Positions 1 through 11,389 of a DNA stretch of 64,000 nucleotides are shown in pieces; position 1 is the stretch's first letter; every line of letters begins with the position of its first letter. This DNA comes from Rhodanobacter sp. (GTDB lineage: Bacteria > Pseudomonadota > Gammaproteobacteria > Xanthomonadales > Rhodanobacteraceae): positions 1,168 through 65,167 of the forward strand of contig DZCM01000001.1 in NCBI GenBank assembly GCA_022730295.1, written 5' to 3'. A program made the position numbers and the translations under genes. The notes beneath the pieces are model-generated. The model saw nothing but the letters and a program-made list of their open reading frames with translations. It ran no database searches and had not been told where the DNA came from.

Positions 1-32
1 GCACGCGGCCACGCGCCACCTACAATGCCGCG

Positions 33-2678
33 ATGGCCGCCCAGCACTTCCCGATCGCGCCGCTGTTGCCGGCCATCCGCACGAGTGTGTGCGAGCATCC
101 GCGACTGCTGCTGGAAGCTCCGCCGGGCGCGGGCAAGACCACCCAGGTGCCGCCGGCCTTGCTGGACGAGCCGTGGTTGGCGGGCCGCAAGATCGTGCTG
201 CTGGAGCCGCGCCGGATCGCGGCACGGGCGGCGGCGGAGTTCATGGCCGCGCAACGCGGCGAGGCGGCCGGACAAACGATCGGCTACCGGATTCGTTTCG
301 AGTCGCGGGTGACCGCGGCCACCCGCATCGAGGTCGTGACCGAAGGCGTGCTCACGCGGATGCTGCAGGACGACCCGGAGTTGCCGGATGTTGGCGCGAT
401 CATTTTCGATGAATTCCACGAACGCCACCTCGCCGGCGACCTCGGCGCGGCGCTGGCGCTGGATGTGCAGACGAGTTTGCGGCCGGACCTGCGCCTGATC
501 GTGATGTCGGCAACGCTGGACGACGCGCGGATCACGCCGTGGTTCGACGCGCCGGTGCTGCGCAGCGAAGGCCGCGCGTTTCCGGTACGGATCGAATACC
601 CGGCGGCGCGGCGTGACGAGCCGCTGGAAGCGCGCGTTTCGCGCGGCGTGCAACAGGCGCTCGCCGAGACCGCGGGCGACGTGCTGGTGTTTTTGCCGGG
701 GCGAGGCGAGATCGCGCGGGTGCAACGGATGTTGGATGGTTTGCACCCCTCCCCCCTCGGGAGAGGCGGCCGCAGACCGAGCGCGCAGCGCTGGGGTGAG
801 GGTACGAACCTTGCGCAAGGCACCGGACCCTCATCCGGCGCTACGCGCCACCTTCTCCCGGGGGGAGAAGGAAATCAGCAAACGCGCATCGAGGTGTTGC
901 CGTTGCACGGCGAGTTGTCACTTGCCGAACAACAGGCGGCGTTGTCCGCGCCAGACGCCGGCACGCGCCGGGTGATCCTGGCCACGAATGTCGCCGAATC
1001 ATCGATCACGGTGCCCGGCGTGTGCGCGGTGGTGGATGCCGGACTCGCGCGCGAGCCGCGTTTCGATCCCAACTCCGGTCTCACGCGGCTGGCCACCCTC
1101 CATATTTCACAAGCTTCGGCCGACCAGCGTGCCGGCCGCGCCGGCCGCGTCGCGCCCGGCGCCGCGTATCGGCTGTGGCCGCAGAGTCAACGGCTGGAAC
1201 CCGCGCGCACACCGGAAATCTCGCAAGTGGAATTGTCGGGCCTCGCCTTGGAACTGGCAGCGTGGGGCGTCGGTGTGGACGTCGCAACACTGCGCTGGCT
1301 CGATCCACCGCCCGCCGGGGCGCTGGCGCAGGCGCGCGAATTGTTGCAACGCCTCGGTGCGCTGGATGCCTCGCTACGGATCACACCGGCCGGCCGCGAG
1401 ATGCTGCGTCTTGGCACGAATCCGCGCCTCGCTGCAGCGGCTGTGCGCGCGCCCGATCCAGCGCGTGCGCTGCTTGCCGATCTGCTGGCGCTGCTGGATT
1501 CGCGCTCACCGCTGCGCGGGGGTTTCGATGACGACCTGCGCCGTCGCCTCGATGCCCTGCACCGCTTTCGCGATGGCGGTGCGCGGGTGGTGCGCGCTGC
1601 CGACACGGGCACCTTGGCGTCCATCGAGCAGGTGGCGCGCGGTTGGCGCAAACGTCTGGGCGTGCACCACGGTGCCAGCGGTACGCCGGACGCACTGGCC
1701 ATCGGCAACCTGTTGCTGCATGCGTTTCCCGATCGCGCCGCCAAACAGGACCCGAACAATCCGCGCCGCTACCAGCTTGCCAATGGCCGCGGCGCACGCT
1801 TGCACGACGAGTCCGCGTTGTTGGGCGAGCCGTGGCTGATCGTCATCGAGGCGCGCTTCGATGCGCGCGACAGCTTGGTCCTCGCCGCGGCGCCGTTCGC
1901 TGCGGCGCTGCTGGAACGCGACTTCCCGCAGCGCAGCGTGTGCGAGCGCGTGGTGCACCAGAACGCCAACGGCACGGTGGAAGTTTTTGAGGAACGCCGC
2001 TTCGATGCGCTGGTGCTGGAACGGCGTGTCGTGCCGGCCGGACCCGGCGATGCGCTGCCAGCGTTGCTGGCGACCATCCGTGCACGCGGTCTCGGCGTAT
2101 TGCCGTGGAGCGATGCAGCACAGCGCCTGCGCGCACGCATCGCCTGGTTGCGCAACGCCATGCCCGAGGCCGGCCTGCCTGAGGTTTCTGAAGCCACCTT
2201 GCTGGCAACGCTTGAATCCTGGCTTGCGCCCAGCCTGCACGGCAAGCGCAAGCTGGACGCGCTGTCTGCGGATGAATTGTCGCAAGCATTTGCGACGCTG
2301 CTCGACTATCGCCAACGCAAGTTGCTCGACGCACTGGCGCCCGAATCGATCGATGTGCCGAGTGGGCAATCCCACAAGCTCGAATACGCGATCACCAGCG
2401 ACGCTGGCGAGACGTCATCACCGGTGCTCGCGGTGAAACTGCAGGAACTGTTCGGCCTCGCCGCAACTCCGCGCATCGCCAACGGCCGCGTGCCGGTGAC
2501 GCTGCACCTGTTGTCGCCGGGCGGGCGGCCGATTCAGGTCACCCAGGATTTGCGCGGGTTTTGGGATCACACCTACGCCGAGGTGAAGAAGGAATTGAAG
2601 GGACGCTATCCCAAACACCCGTGGCCCGACGATCCGTGGTCCGCCACGCCGACGCATCGCGCCAAACCGCGCTTGTGA
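33..2678 (+). CDS. hrpB: ATP-dependent helicase HrpB (DEAH-box), with an in-frame repeat-derived insertion
   Basis: 881-aa ORF starting at ATG 33. Walker A GAGKTTQVP, DEFHERH box and MSATLD are present, followed by a long HrpB-type C-terminal region ending in HPWPDDP. Confidence 0.9.
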   Translation: MAAQHFPIAPLLPAIRTSVCEHPRLLLEAPPGAGKTTQVPPALLDEPWLAGRKIVLLEPRRIAARAAAEFMAAQRGEAAGQTIGYRIRFESRVTAATRIEVVTEGVLTRMLQDDPELPDVGAIIFDEFHERHLAGDLGAALALDVQTSLRPDLRLIVMSATLDDARITPWFDAPVLRSEGRAFPVRIEYPAARRDEPLEARVSRGVQQALAETAGDVLVFLPGRGEIARVQRMLDGLHPSPLGRGGRRPSAQRWGEGTNLAQGTGPSSGATRHLLPGGEGNQQTRIEVLPLHGELSLAEQQAALSAPDAGTRRVILATNVAESSITVPGVCAVVDAGLAREPRFDPNSGLTRLATLHISQASADQRAGRAGRVAPGAAYRLWPQSQRLEPARTPEISQVELSGLALELAAWGVGVDVATLRWLDPPPAGALAQARELLQRLGALDASLRITPAGREMLRLGTNPRLAAAAVRAPDPARALLADLLALLDSRSPLRGGFDDDLRRRLDALHRFRDGGARVVRAADTGTLASIEQVARGWRKRLGVHHGASGTPDALAIGNLLLHAFPDRAAKQDPNNPRRYQLANGRGARLHDESALLGEPWLIVIEARFDARDSLVLAAAPFAAALLERDFPQRSVCERVVHQNANGTVEVFEERRFDALVLERRVVPAGPGDALPALLATIRARGLGVLPWSDAAQRLRARIAWLRNAMPEAGLPEVSEATLLATLESWLAPSLHGKRKLDALSADELSQAFATLLDYRQRKLLDALAPESIDVPSGQSHKLEYAITSDAGETSSPVLAVKLQELFGLAATPRIANGRVPVTLHLLSPGGRPIQVTQDLRGFWDHTYAEVKKELKGRYPKHPWPDDPWSATPTHRAKPRL
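745..875. repeat. GC-rich palindromic REP-like element, family A, embedded in frame in hrpB
   Basis: Contains the hairpin ccttctccc-ggg-gggagaagg (851-871). Shares the blocks cctcggg[a/c]gagg, gggtgagggtacg and gcgcaag with the intergenic copy at 55925-55990. Confidence 0.7.
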
Positions 2679-2732
2679 CGCCTTTCGGAATGCAAGGCCG
2701 CTCGATGGGAAAACGTCGGCCAGCGCCAAAGA

Positions 2733-2838
2733 CCATCCCCCTCATTCCCCCTTCGCAAGCGAAGGGGGAGGCAAAGCGACAGCAATTGTGTCACCCCCTT
2801 CCGGAGGAAGGGGGTCGCCGCGCAGCGGCGGGGGGATG
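2733..2838. repeat. GC-rich composite palindromic element, family B, copy 1
   Basis: Nested perfect hairpins cccccttcgc-aa-gcgaaggggg and cccccttcc-gga-ggaaggggg, enclosed by catccccc...ggggggatg. A near-identical architecture occurs at 62294-62378. Confidence 0.75.
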
Positions 2839-4296
2839 CTGCCACGACGCCGGCCCGACCGCGCCGCCACCCCATTTGCCGAACAGGCTGGGGTAGCGTT
2901 CGTTCACCGGCTTGCCGTCGGCGCCGAGCTTCGGCGAGCGCGCGAAGCTGCCGGCGAAGCCCGGAAATTCGACCGGGCTTTCCCAGCCGTCCTTGCTGAC
3001 CGCCGAGACGCCGAAGTAGTAATCATCGAGGATGATGTTTTTCAGCACCACCGAATCGGCATCGCCAGCTTTTTGCACGTGCTGCCATTGCGAGGCGGTG
3101 GTCTCACGCCACCACGCGTTGTAGCCGGCGGCAGCGGGCGACGCCTGCCATGACAGCGTGGTGTCGTAAGCGACCGCGCCCTGCACTGACAGCTGCGAAG
3201 GCGGTGGTGGCGCCATCGCCAGCGACGCCATGGTGACGGCATCCAGCCGCGTGACATTGGCGAGGTAATCGAAATCCACGCCCGCGATCACGTCGCCGTA
3301 GTGCACGCCGTTTTCGATGCGCACGTTCTGGTGCTGGCGAGCGTAGTCCTCGTTCGATTCCGACAGGCGCACCGCGGGAAAGCCCTGTTCGAGGAACGGC
3401 ACCTGGTCACCGGAACGACCCCAGCGGTCGGTGCGATACACCATGCGCACATGGAAGTTGTCGAGATACTGTTCGGCCAACGCCTGCATGTAGCGCGCGA
3501 GGTTGCGCGAGGGCGAATCCACGTCGCCGCCGTGGTAGCGGCGGTACGCGGCCTGCTGCAAAGTCTCGTTGGTTTTGGTGCCTTCCGAGAACACGCGAAT
3601 GGTGTGCGGATCGAACACGCCGTTGCCGCCATGGTCGTTGCCGACCATGTCGTTGTTGAGGTTGGCCTCGACGTTCCAGCCCTGGTCGACCGCGTACTGC
3701 GCGATGATCTTGCCGCCGAACAAGCCCTGCTCCTCGCCGGAATCGGCCGAGTACACCAGCGTCGCCGGGAACTTGTACTGCGACAGCACCCGTGCGGTTT
3801 CGATCACCGCGGCGACGCCGGCCGCGTCATCATTTGCACCCGGCGCATCGCCGGTCGCATCCATTACGTCGGTGCGGCGCGAATCGAGGTGCGCGGTGAT
3901 CACGATCACGCGGTTCGGATCGCTCGTGCCGCGCTGGATCGCGACCACATCCATCACCTCGGCGCCGGCCTTGGGCATGCGCTCGCCCGTAAATACCTGC
4001 GCCGGCTTCACGATTTCGAGGCAGCCATCGCAGCCTTTCGAAATGGTCTCGAATTGCGCCGCCACCCAACGCCGCGCCGCGCCGATACCGCGGGTCTTCG
4101 AGGTGGTCGTCGAGAGGGTATGGCGGGTGCCGAAGCCAACCAGCGCTACATCGGAGGCGTGCAGATTGGAAGCTTTTACCGCGCCCGCGATCGCGCGCAA
4201 TGGCGGATGGATGTTGACAGGGGGCGGCACAGCCAGTGCGGCAGTGGAATACAGCGCAGCGGCAAGCGCCGCAGACACGACAGGCTTACTCACCAT
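2791..4296 (-). CDS. Secreted M28-family metallopeptidase with a C-terminal FN3-like domain
   Basis: I start it at ATG 4296 (MVSKPVVSAALAAALYSTAALA signal peptide), not the 608-aa track start. M28 zinc-site context is present (ITAHLDS, GANDDAAG, SGEEQGLFG, HNFDP-like). The last ~16 codons and the stop lie inside repeat family B. Confidence 0.8.
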   Translation of the reverse strand: MVSKPVVSAALAAALYSTAALAVPPPVNIHPPLRAIAGAVKASNLHASDVALVGFGTRHTLSTTTSKTRGIGAARRWVAAQFETISKGCDGCLEIVKPAQVFTGERMPKAGAEVMDVVAIQRGTSDPNRVIVITAHLDSRRTDVMDATGDAPGANDDAAGVAAVIETARVLSQYKFPATLVYSADSGEEQGLFGGKIIAQYAVDQGWNVEANLNNDMVGNDHGGNGVFDPHTIRVFSEGTKTNETLQQAAYRRYHGGDVDSPSRNLARYMQALAEQYLDNFHVRMVYRTDRWGRSGDQVPFLEQGFPAVRLSESNEDYARQHQNVRIENGVHYGDVIAGVDFDYLANVTRLDAVTMASLAMAPPPPSQLSVQGAVAYDTTLSWQASPAAAGYNAWWRETTASQWQHVQKAGDADSVVLKNIILDDYYFGVSAVSKDGWESPVEFPGFAGSFARSPKLGADGKPVNERYPSLFGKWGGGAVGPASWQHPPAAARRPPSSGRG

Positions 4297-4363
4297 GGTC
4301 AGGCCTCGCCGGCGTGGATTGCACAATATAGCCCCTTGCGGCAGATACCGCGCAGGGCAAAGG

Positions 4364-5932
4364 TCAGTGCCTTGCCAGGACGTCGGCCACACGCCATACC
4401 GCCAAGCGGCGGTCACCCGCAAGCAGGTACGGCCAGCTGCGAAACGGCGCGACGCCTTGCGGCGCAATATGGCTGTCACCCGCCAGCAGGAACCCTTCGG
4501 GATGCGCGCGGCACCACTCGGCAACATCGGCGTACGGCACCCACGGCACCGGCCGGTGCAGGCGCCCGCTGTAGCCGAACAGGCCGTTGTGCCAACCGAT
4601 GTAGGCAATTGCGACATGCCGATCCAGTGACTGCTTCACGAATGCGGCTTCGGGTTGCACGTTGAGCGCCGGCAGGTAGGCCAGCACAGCTGCCAGGATC
4701 GCGGTCGAGACCAGCGCGGTCGCCGACAGGGCAAGGCCGCGCGCGCTACGGCCCCAGCTCCGCCAGACGCCTGCCGCAACGACGCAGGCCACCAGCGCCA
4801 GCAATGCAAGCAGCGGCTGCGCGTGCCAGCCAAACTGGTGCGCCGCGAGCCATGGCAGCGCGGCGATCCCGGCCCCCGCCAGCAGCGCCAGCAGCGCAAA
4901 CCATCCCGGCCGCAGGAGCGCACCCGGTTGCCGCAGCAGCCACGCACCGGCCAGCGCCCACGCCGGCAGCAGGGGCAGCAGATAGTGCACCTGCTTGCCA
5001 CTGATCGCGCAGAATGCGATGAATGGGGGGACCCACCAGCACACCACGAAGCGACCCTGGCGGCCGCGCCACAGGCCGCGCCAGGCCGCGATCGGGGCGC
5101 GCACGCTCAGCAGCCACGGCACCAGCAGGATGGGCACCAGCGGCAAGTACCACCATACCGGCCGGCGGTGCGCGAAGCTTTCGGCAATGCGTCCCGTCAC
5201 CTTGGCGAGCAATGGGTGCCAATACGTTGGACCGGCATACGCCGCTGCGGGCAGCAACCAGCATGCCAGGGCCAACGCGCCGATCAGCAGGCCGGCCAAA
5301 ATGGCGAAATACCAGCGCGCTGCATGCGTGCGGGCAGTGTCGCTCCATAGCGGCGCCAGCAAAGCCACGCCCGCGATGGCGAGCAACATCACCGGACCCT
5401 TCGCCAGCAGCCCCAACCCGGTCATCACGCCCAGCCAGACTATGCCGCGCCACCACTTGCCGGCATCGAGATCCAGCAACGCGTGCAGCGCACCCAACAC
5501 CGTCAGCGACAACAGCAGGTCGAACATGATCGTGGTGCTGAAAATCGCGAAGCCAAGGCTTCCGGCGAGCAACCACATCGCCGTATCCGCGCCGCGCGCA
5601 TCCATGCCGAGGCGGGTGGCCAAGCGGCGCAGCGTCAGCAGCATGCCGAGCGCAATCGCCAGCGCCTCGACCCGCGCGACCCAGGTATGTACACCGAGAA
5701 TTTTCCAGCCCCCGGCGATCAACCAGAACAGCAGCGGCGACTTGTCCGAATACCACGCATGGTTGACGGTCGGCACCAACCACTGCCCGGAGTTGAACAT
5801 CTCCCACGCGGCCGTGAGGTAACGCGTCTCGTCGATCGGAATCGGCGGGACGAGGATCGCCAGTGGCAGCAGCAACGCACACCACACGGCCAGCCAGCGC
5901 CACGGGTGAGGGAAGTCATCGGACGCGCTCAT
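4364..5932 (-). CDS. Glycosyltransferase family 39 (ArnT/PMT-like) integral membrane protein
   Basis: Polytopic membrane ORF with the N-terminal motif PIDETRYLTAAWEM...YSDKSPLLFWL typical of ArnT-like lipid-carrier-dependent transferases. ATG at 5932 chosen. Confidence 0.75.
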   Translation of the reverse strand: MSASDDFPHPWRWLAVWCALLLPLAILVPPIPIDETRYLTAAWEMFNSGQWLVPTVNHAWYSDKSPLLFWLIAGGWKILGVHTWVARVEALAIALGMLLTLRRLATRLGMDARGADTAMWLLAGSLGFAIFSTTIMFDLLLSLTVLGALHALLDLDAGKWWRGIVWLGVMTGLGLLAKGPVMLLAIAGVALLAPLWSDTARTHAARWYFAILAGLLIGALALACWLLPAAAYAGPTYWHPLLAKVTGRIAESFAHRRPVWWYLPLVPILLVPWLLSVRAPIAAWRGLWRGRQGRFVVCWWVPPFIAFCAISGKQVHYLLPLLPAWALAGAWLLRQPGALLRPGWFALLALLAGAGIAALPWLAAHQFGWHAQPLLALLALVACVVAAGVWRSWGRSARGLALSATALVSTAILAAVLAYLPALNVQPEAAFVKQSLDRHVAIAYIGWHNGLFGYSGRLHRPVPWVPYADVAEWCRAHPEGFLLAGDSHIAPQGVAPFRSWPYLLAGDRRLAVWRVADVLARH

Positions 5933-6001
5933 GTGCGGCGCAGCATATCGGATAAAGCGCAAACATTTTGCCAGCACGTGCTCATGCGCGTCGACTCAAG
6001 A

Positions 6002-8097
<2,096 letters not shown>

Positions 8098-8272
8098 AAG
8101 CCATCATTGAACCACGTTTGGGGTTTGCTGGCGAATTGGCGTTTTCGACCACAGGTGCGAAGCGGCGGTTGTGAAATTCAGGCCAAGGACGTCCGTTCGG
8201 TGTGACCGGAGTGGGAGACACCTGCCCTCGTCTGCCGCTTCAACGAGGCAGCGATCAGGGACGATCGCGCGA

Positions 8273-8908
8273 CTATCTGGGCGCGTAAGCCCTGAGGAAC
8301 ATGTCGACCGTCGCCTGCAGGTGCGCCTCCGCCTCCTCGGGACTCGGCTGGCCACAGCCGAACAACATCCGCGCATGCTGTTCGCCCTTCAGCAATGCGA
8401 AGAACTGACTGGCAGCACGACGGGTATCGGTGATCTGGAGTTGGCTTGCTGCCACTTCCTTGTCGAGCATGCGGGCGAGCGCCGCCTGCACCTGCAGCGG
8501 CCCCGCTTCCCAGAACAACTTGGCGAGCTTGGGCGATTGCTGCGAACTGGCCACCAAGGTGCGATGCATGCCCAGCGCGCTGTCGCTCATCATCAAGTCG
8601 AAGAACGCGCGCGCGACCAACATCAACTGGTCATGCGCCGGCGCCTTCACGTCCACTTCGAACAGCGGCCACGCCAACAAGTCGCCGCAGTTGCAGCGGA
8701 TCGTCTCGATGAACAGCGCTTCCTTGCTGCCGAAATGACTGTAAACGGTGAGCTTGGAGACACCCGCTTCGGCCGCGACCGCATCCATGCTGGTGCCCTC
8801 GAAGCCGTGCTGCGGGAACAACCGCTTGGCGGCCTCCAGGATGGCGGCGCGCTTTTCCAGATCCTTTGGCCGCCCTGGGCCAGAGCAGCGTTCCGGTGCA
8901 GCATTCAT
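8273..8908 (-). CDS. TetR/AcrR-family transcriptional regulator
   Basis: 211 aa. N-terminal HTH region GRPKDLEKRAAILEAAKRLFPQHGFEGTSMDAVAAEAGVSKLTVYSHFGSKEALF. ATG at 8908. Confidence 0.9.
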   Translation of the reverse strand: MNAAPERCSGPGRPKDLEKRAAILEAAKRLFPQHGFEGTSMDAVAAEAGVSKLTVYSHFGSKEALFIETIRCNCGDLLAWPLFEVDVKAPAHDQLMLVARAFFDLMMSDSALGMHRTLVASSQQSPKLAKLFWEAGPLQVQAALARMLDKEVAASQLQITDTRRAASQFFALLKGEQHARMLFGCGQPSPEEAEAHLQATVDMFLRAYAPR

Positions 8909-9014
8909 AGGCCGTAATCAGGTTTATCGACGTCGGGGGCGACGCCGTTATTATACGCGGCGGTACAGGTAGCTGGGCGTAGGCTGGATTTTGGCTGTCC
9001 GCGCTGTCCGAAAG

Positions 9015-9030
9015 GGTGTCCGCGGACACC
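9015..9030. promoter_or_regulatory. Perfect 16-bp palindrome GGTGTCCGCGGACACC, a candidate operator in the TetR/pcm divergent spacer
   Basis: The palindrome is read directly from the sequence. It is preceded by ctgtccg half-site-like repeats (8996-9010) and followed by the gtggca-N6-tgccac hairpin and an AT-rich stretch. Confidence 0.4.
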
Positions 9031-9267
9031 AGTGGCATCCGGTTGCCACGTATATCTTTTTGAACGTACAGAATATTTTTGAAAATTCCGGTTGGCGCAC
9101 GCCTTGCATGGCCTGCTCGGTGAACAGGCATGACCCTCGTCATGAGCGCGCGGTGACTTCCGGCACTTCGACCAACCCCGGACAACCGGCAGTCTGCACG
9201 CACGCCGTTGCGTGCGCTGTCGCGACCGGTACTTCGCGAACTTGAAAGGCATTCAACGACAACCCGC

Positions 9268-9933
9268 ATGAACACGAATCCCGCACTCGAATTGGCCCAG
9301 CACAACATGGTGGAGAACCAGGTGCGCCCGTGGGAAGTCCTCGACGCCCGCGTGCTGGACGTACTCGCGACACTGCCGCGCGCGCACTTCGTTCCGGAAC
9401 CGTGGCAGGCGCTGGCCTACGCCGATGTTGCACTGCCAATCGGCGACGACCAGATCATGCTGAAGCCGGTGGTCGAAGGCCGCATCCTGCAGGCACTGCT
9501 GCCCAGGCACTTTGAGCACGTGCTTGAGATCGGTACCGGCACCGGTTACTTCGCCGCTTGCCTGGCACGCCTGGCTGCCCGCGTGACCAGCATCGACTGC
9601 CGTGCACAATTCGTCGCCGCTGCGACCGGGAAATTGCGCGATCTCGGCATCATCAACGTCGAGTGCCAGCACGCCGATGCGCTCGCCGGCTTTGCACCGA
9701 AGCAGCCCTTCGACGCCATCGCCGTGACCGGCGCGGTGCACACCCTGCCACCGCGGTTTGGCGAATGGTTGAAAGCCGGCGGGCGGATCTTCCTCATCCG
9801 CGGCCTGGAACCGGCGATGCAGGCCGTACTGCTGCAACAGGCGCCAGATGGCGGGTGGATCGAGGAGCGCCTGTTCGAGACCGACGCGCCTTACCTCACG
9901 GGCGCTGCGCCTGTGCCGCAATTTAAACTTTGA
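9268..9933 (+). CDS. pcm: Protein-L-isoaspartate O-methyltransferase family protein
   Basis: SAM-binding motif LEIGTGTGYFAACLA. Length and position directly upstream of tolC fit the family. ATG 9268 chosen (MNTNPALELAQ). Confidence 0.8.
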   Translation: MNTNPALELAQHNMVENQVRPWEVLDARVLDVLATLPRAHFVPEPWQALAYADVALPIGDDQIMLKPVVEGRILQALLPRHFEHVLEIGTGTGYFAACLARLAARVTSIDCRAQFVAAATGKLRDLGIINVECQHADALAGFAPKQPFDAIAVTGAVHTLPPRFGEWLKAGGRIFLIRGLEPAMQAVLLQQAPDGGWIEERLFETDAPYLTGAAPVPQFKL

Positions 9934-9988
9934 CCACGACGGCGCGTCGCAACTTTCGCGCCGCGTTCGTCCACCCAGGAAATCCAGC

Positions 9989-11389
9989 ATGAGCTTGCGT
10001 CCCGCTTCCCGCCGCCTCGCCGTCCGTGCCTGCGCCCTTGCCGTCGTTGCGGCGTTGGGCCTGACCGGCGTAACCACCGCCCACGCCGAGGACCTGATGG
10101 CTGTCTACCGTCAAGCCGTGCAGGCCGATCCAATAGTGAAACAGGCCGAGGCACAAAATCGCATCGGCCACGAAGGCATGGTGCAATCGCGCGCGGTGCT
10201 GTTGCCGCAGATCGGTGGCAGTGTGTCGTACGGCTACAGCCACGGCACGCACGTCGATTCGACGATCCAGACTCCCAATGGGCCGGTGCTCGACAACAAC
10301 TTCAACTACACCGGCGGCAGCTCCCGCACCGAATCGGTCGGCCTCCAGCAGGTACTGTTCGACCTCGGCAAGTTCGCGCAGCTGAAGGCCAGCAAGGCCA
10401 ATGCCGCCAGCAGCCAGGCTCAGTACACGGCGGCGGAACAGGATCTGATCCTGCGCGTGGCACAGGCGTATTTCACCGTGTTGACCGACGAGCAGAATGT
10501 AACGTTTGCGCAAGCCAACGAGAAGGCGCTCCAGAAACAGCTTGACCAGGCCCAGGCGAAGTATCACGTCGGCTTTGCACCGATTACCGACGTGGTGGAC
10601 GCCAAGGCGCAGCACGAGACCGCGGTGGCGCAAGTGATCACGGCAGAAAACGCCGTGTTCAACGATCGCCAGGCGTTGGCCCAGATCACCGGTGCGCCGG
10701 TCAAGTCACTCGACCCGCTGTCCGACACGTTGCCGATGCAGGCACCACAGCCCGACAACATGGAAAGCTGGGTGCAGGTCGCGCTGGCCAGCAACCCCTC
10801 GCTGCAGGCACAACGCGACCTCGTGCAGTCTGCGCAAAGCAACGTGACCGTCGCGCGCGCCGGGCATCTGCCGACGCTGAATGCCTCCGTCAGTTACGCT
10901 CGCAACCCCGCCTGGGGCGGCGCGGGACTGCCGTCCAACGTGCGCGCCAACAGCCGCGACCAAGGCACCACCGTGGGGATCGTCCTGGATGTGCCGCTGT
11001 TCTCCGGTGGCGCCACCCAATCCGGCGTGCGCGAAGCCATCGCCCGCCGCGACCAAGCCCACGACGTGCTGGAACAGGATCGCCGCACTGTCATCAGCAA
11101 CACCCGCAGCGCTTTCAACGCGATCAAGGCCGGCATCAGCTCGGTAAAGGCCCAGAAGGCCGCTGTCGAATCGGCCAAGATTGCGCTCGATGGGACCGAA
11201 GCCGGCTACAAGATCGGTACCCAGACGATCGTGAACCTGCTGATCGCACAGGAGAACTATTTCCAGGCACAAAGTGCCTATTCGCAGGCGCGGCACGCAC
11301 TGGTGGTCAACCAGTTGAACCTGAAGTTCGCCGCCGGCACCTTGTCGGTGCAGGATCTCGCAGCGGTCAACGCGTTGCTGCAGAAATAG
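9989..11389 (+). CDS. tolC: Outer-membrane efflux channel TolC
   Basis: Signal peptide ending in AHA-EDL, then the typical TolC start LMAVYRQAVQADP and duplicated OEP repeats. ATG 9989. Confidence 0.9.
   Translation: MSLRPASRRLAVRACALAVVAALGLTGVTTAHAEDLMAVYRQAVQADPIVKQAEAQNRIGHEGMVQSRAVLLPQIGGSVSYGYSHGTHVDSTIQTPNGPVLDNNFNYTGGSSRTESVGLQQVLFDLGKFAQLKASKANAASSQAQYTAAEQDLILRVAQAYFTVLTDEQNVTFAQANEKALQKQLDQAQAKYHVGFAPITDVVDAKAQHETAVAQVITAENAVFNDRQALAQITGAPVKSLDPLSDTLPMQAPQPDNMESWVQVALASNPSLQAQRDLVQSAQSNVTVARAGHLPTLNASVSYARNPAWGGAGLPSNVRANSRDQGTTVGIVLDVPLFSGGATQSGVREAIARRDQAHDVLEQDRRTVISNTRSAFNAIKAGISSVKAQKAAVESAKIALDGTEAGYKIGTQTIVNLLIAQENYFQAQSAYSQARHALVVNQLNLKFAAGTLSVQDLAAVNALLQK

Noticed and set aside
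3301-4665. Long ORFs antisense to clearly assigned genes: 3301-4665, 6317-7900, 11478-13073, 18133-20253, 21510-23003, 25712-27133, 33720-35651, 42007-44541, 45147-46289, 49698-51080 and 56954-58216.
   Set aside because: These are typical shadow ORFs of roughly 67% GC DNA. Their translations are Arg/Ala/Gly/Pro-rich low-complexity sequence with no recognisable motifs, while the opposite strand encodes full-length, motif-bearing proteins.
11367-11389. The 23-bp convergent overlap of the tolC and waaA 3' ends, considered as a possible regulatory antisense arrangement.
   Set aside because: Short convergent 3' overlaps are common in compact GC-rich genomes, and nothing in the sequence suggests a special function. 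It could also reflect an artificially extended C-terminus on either gene.
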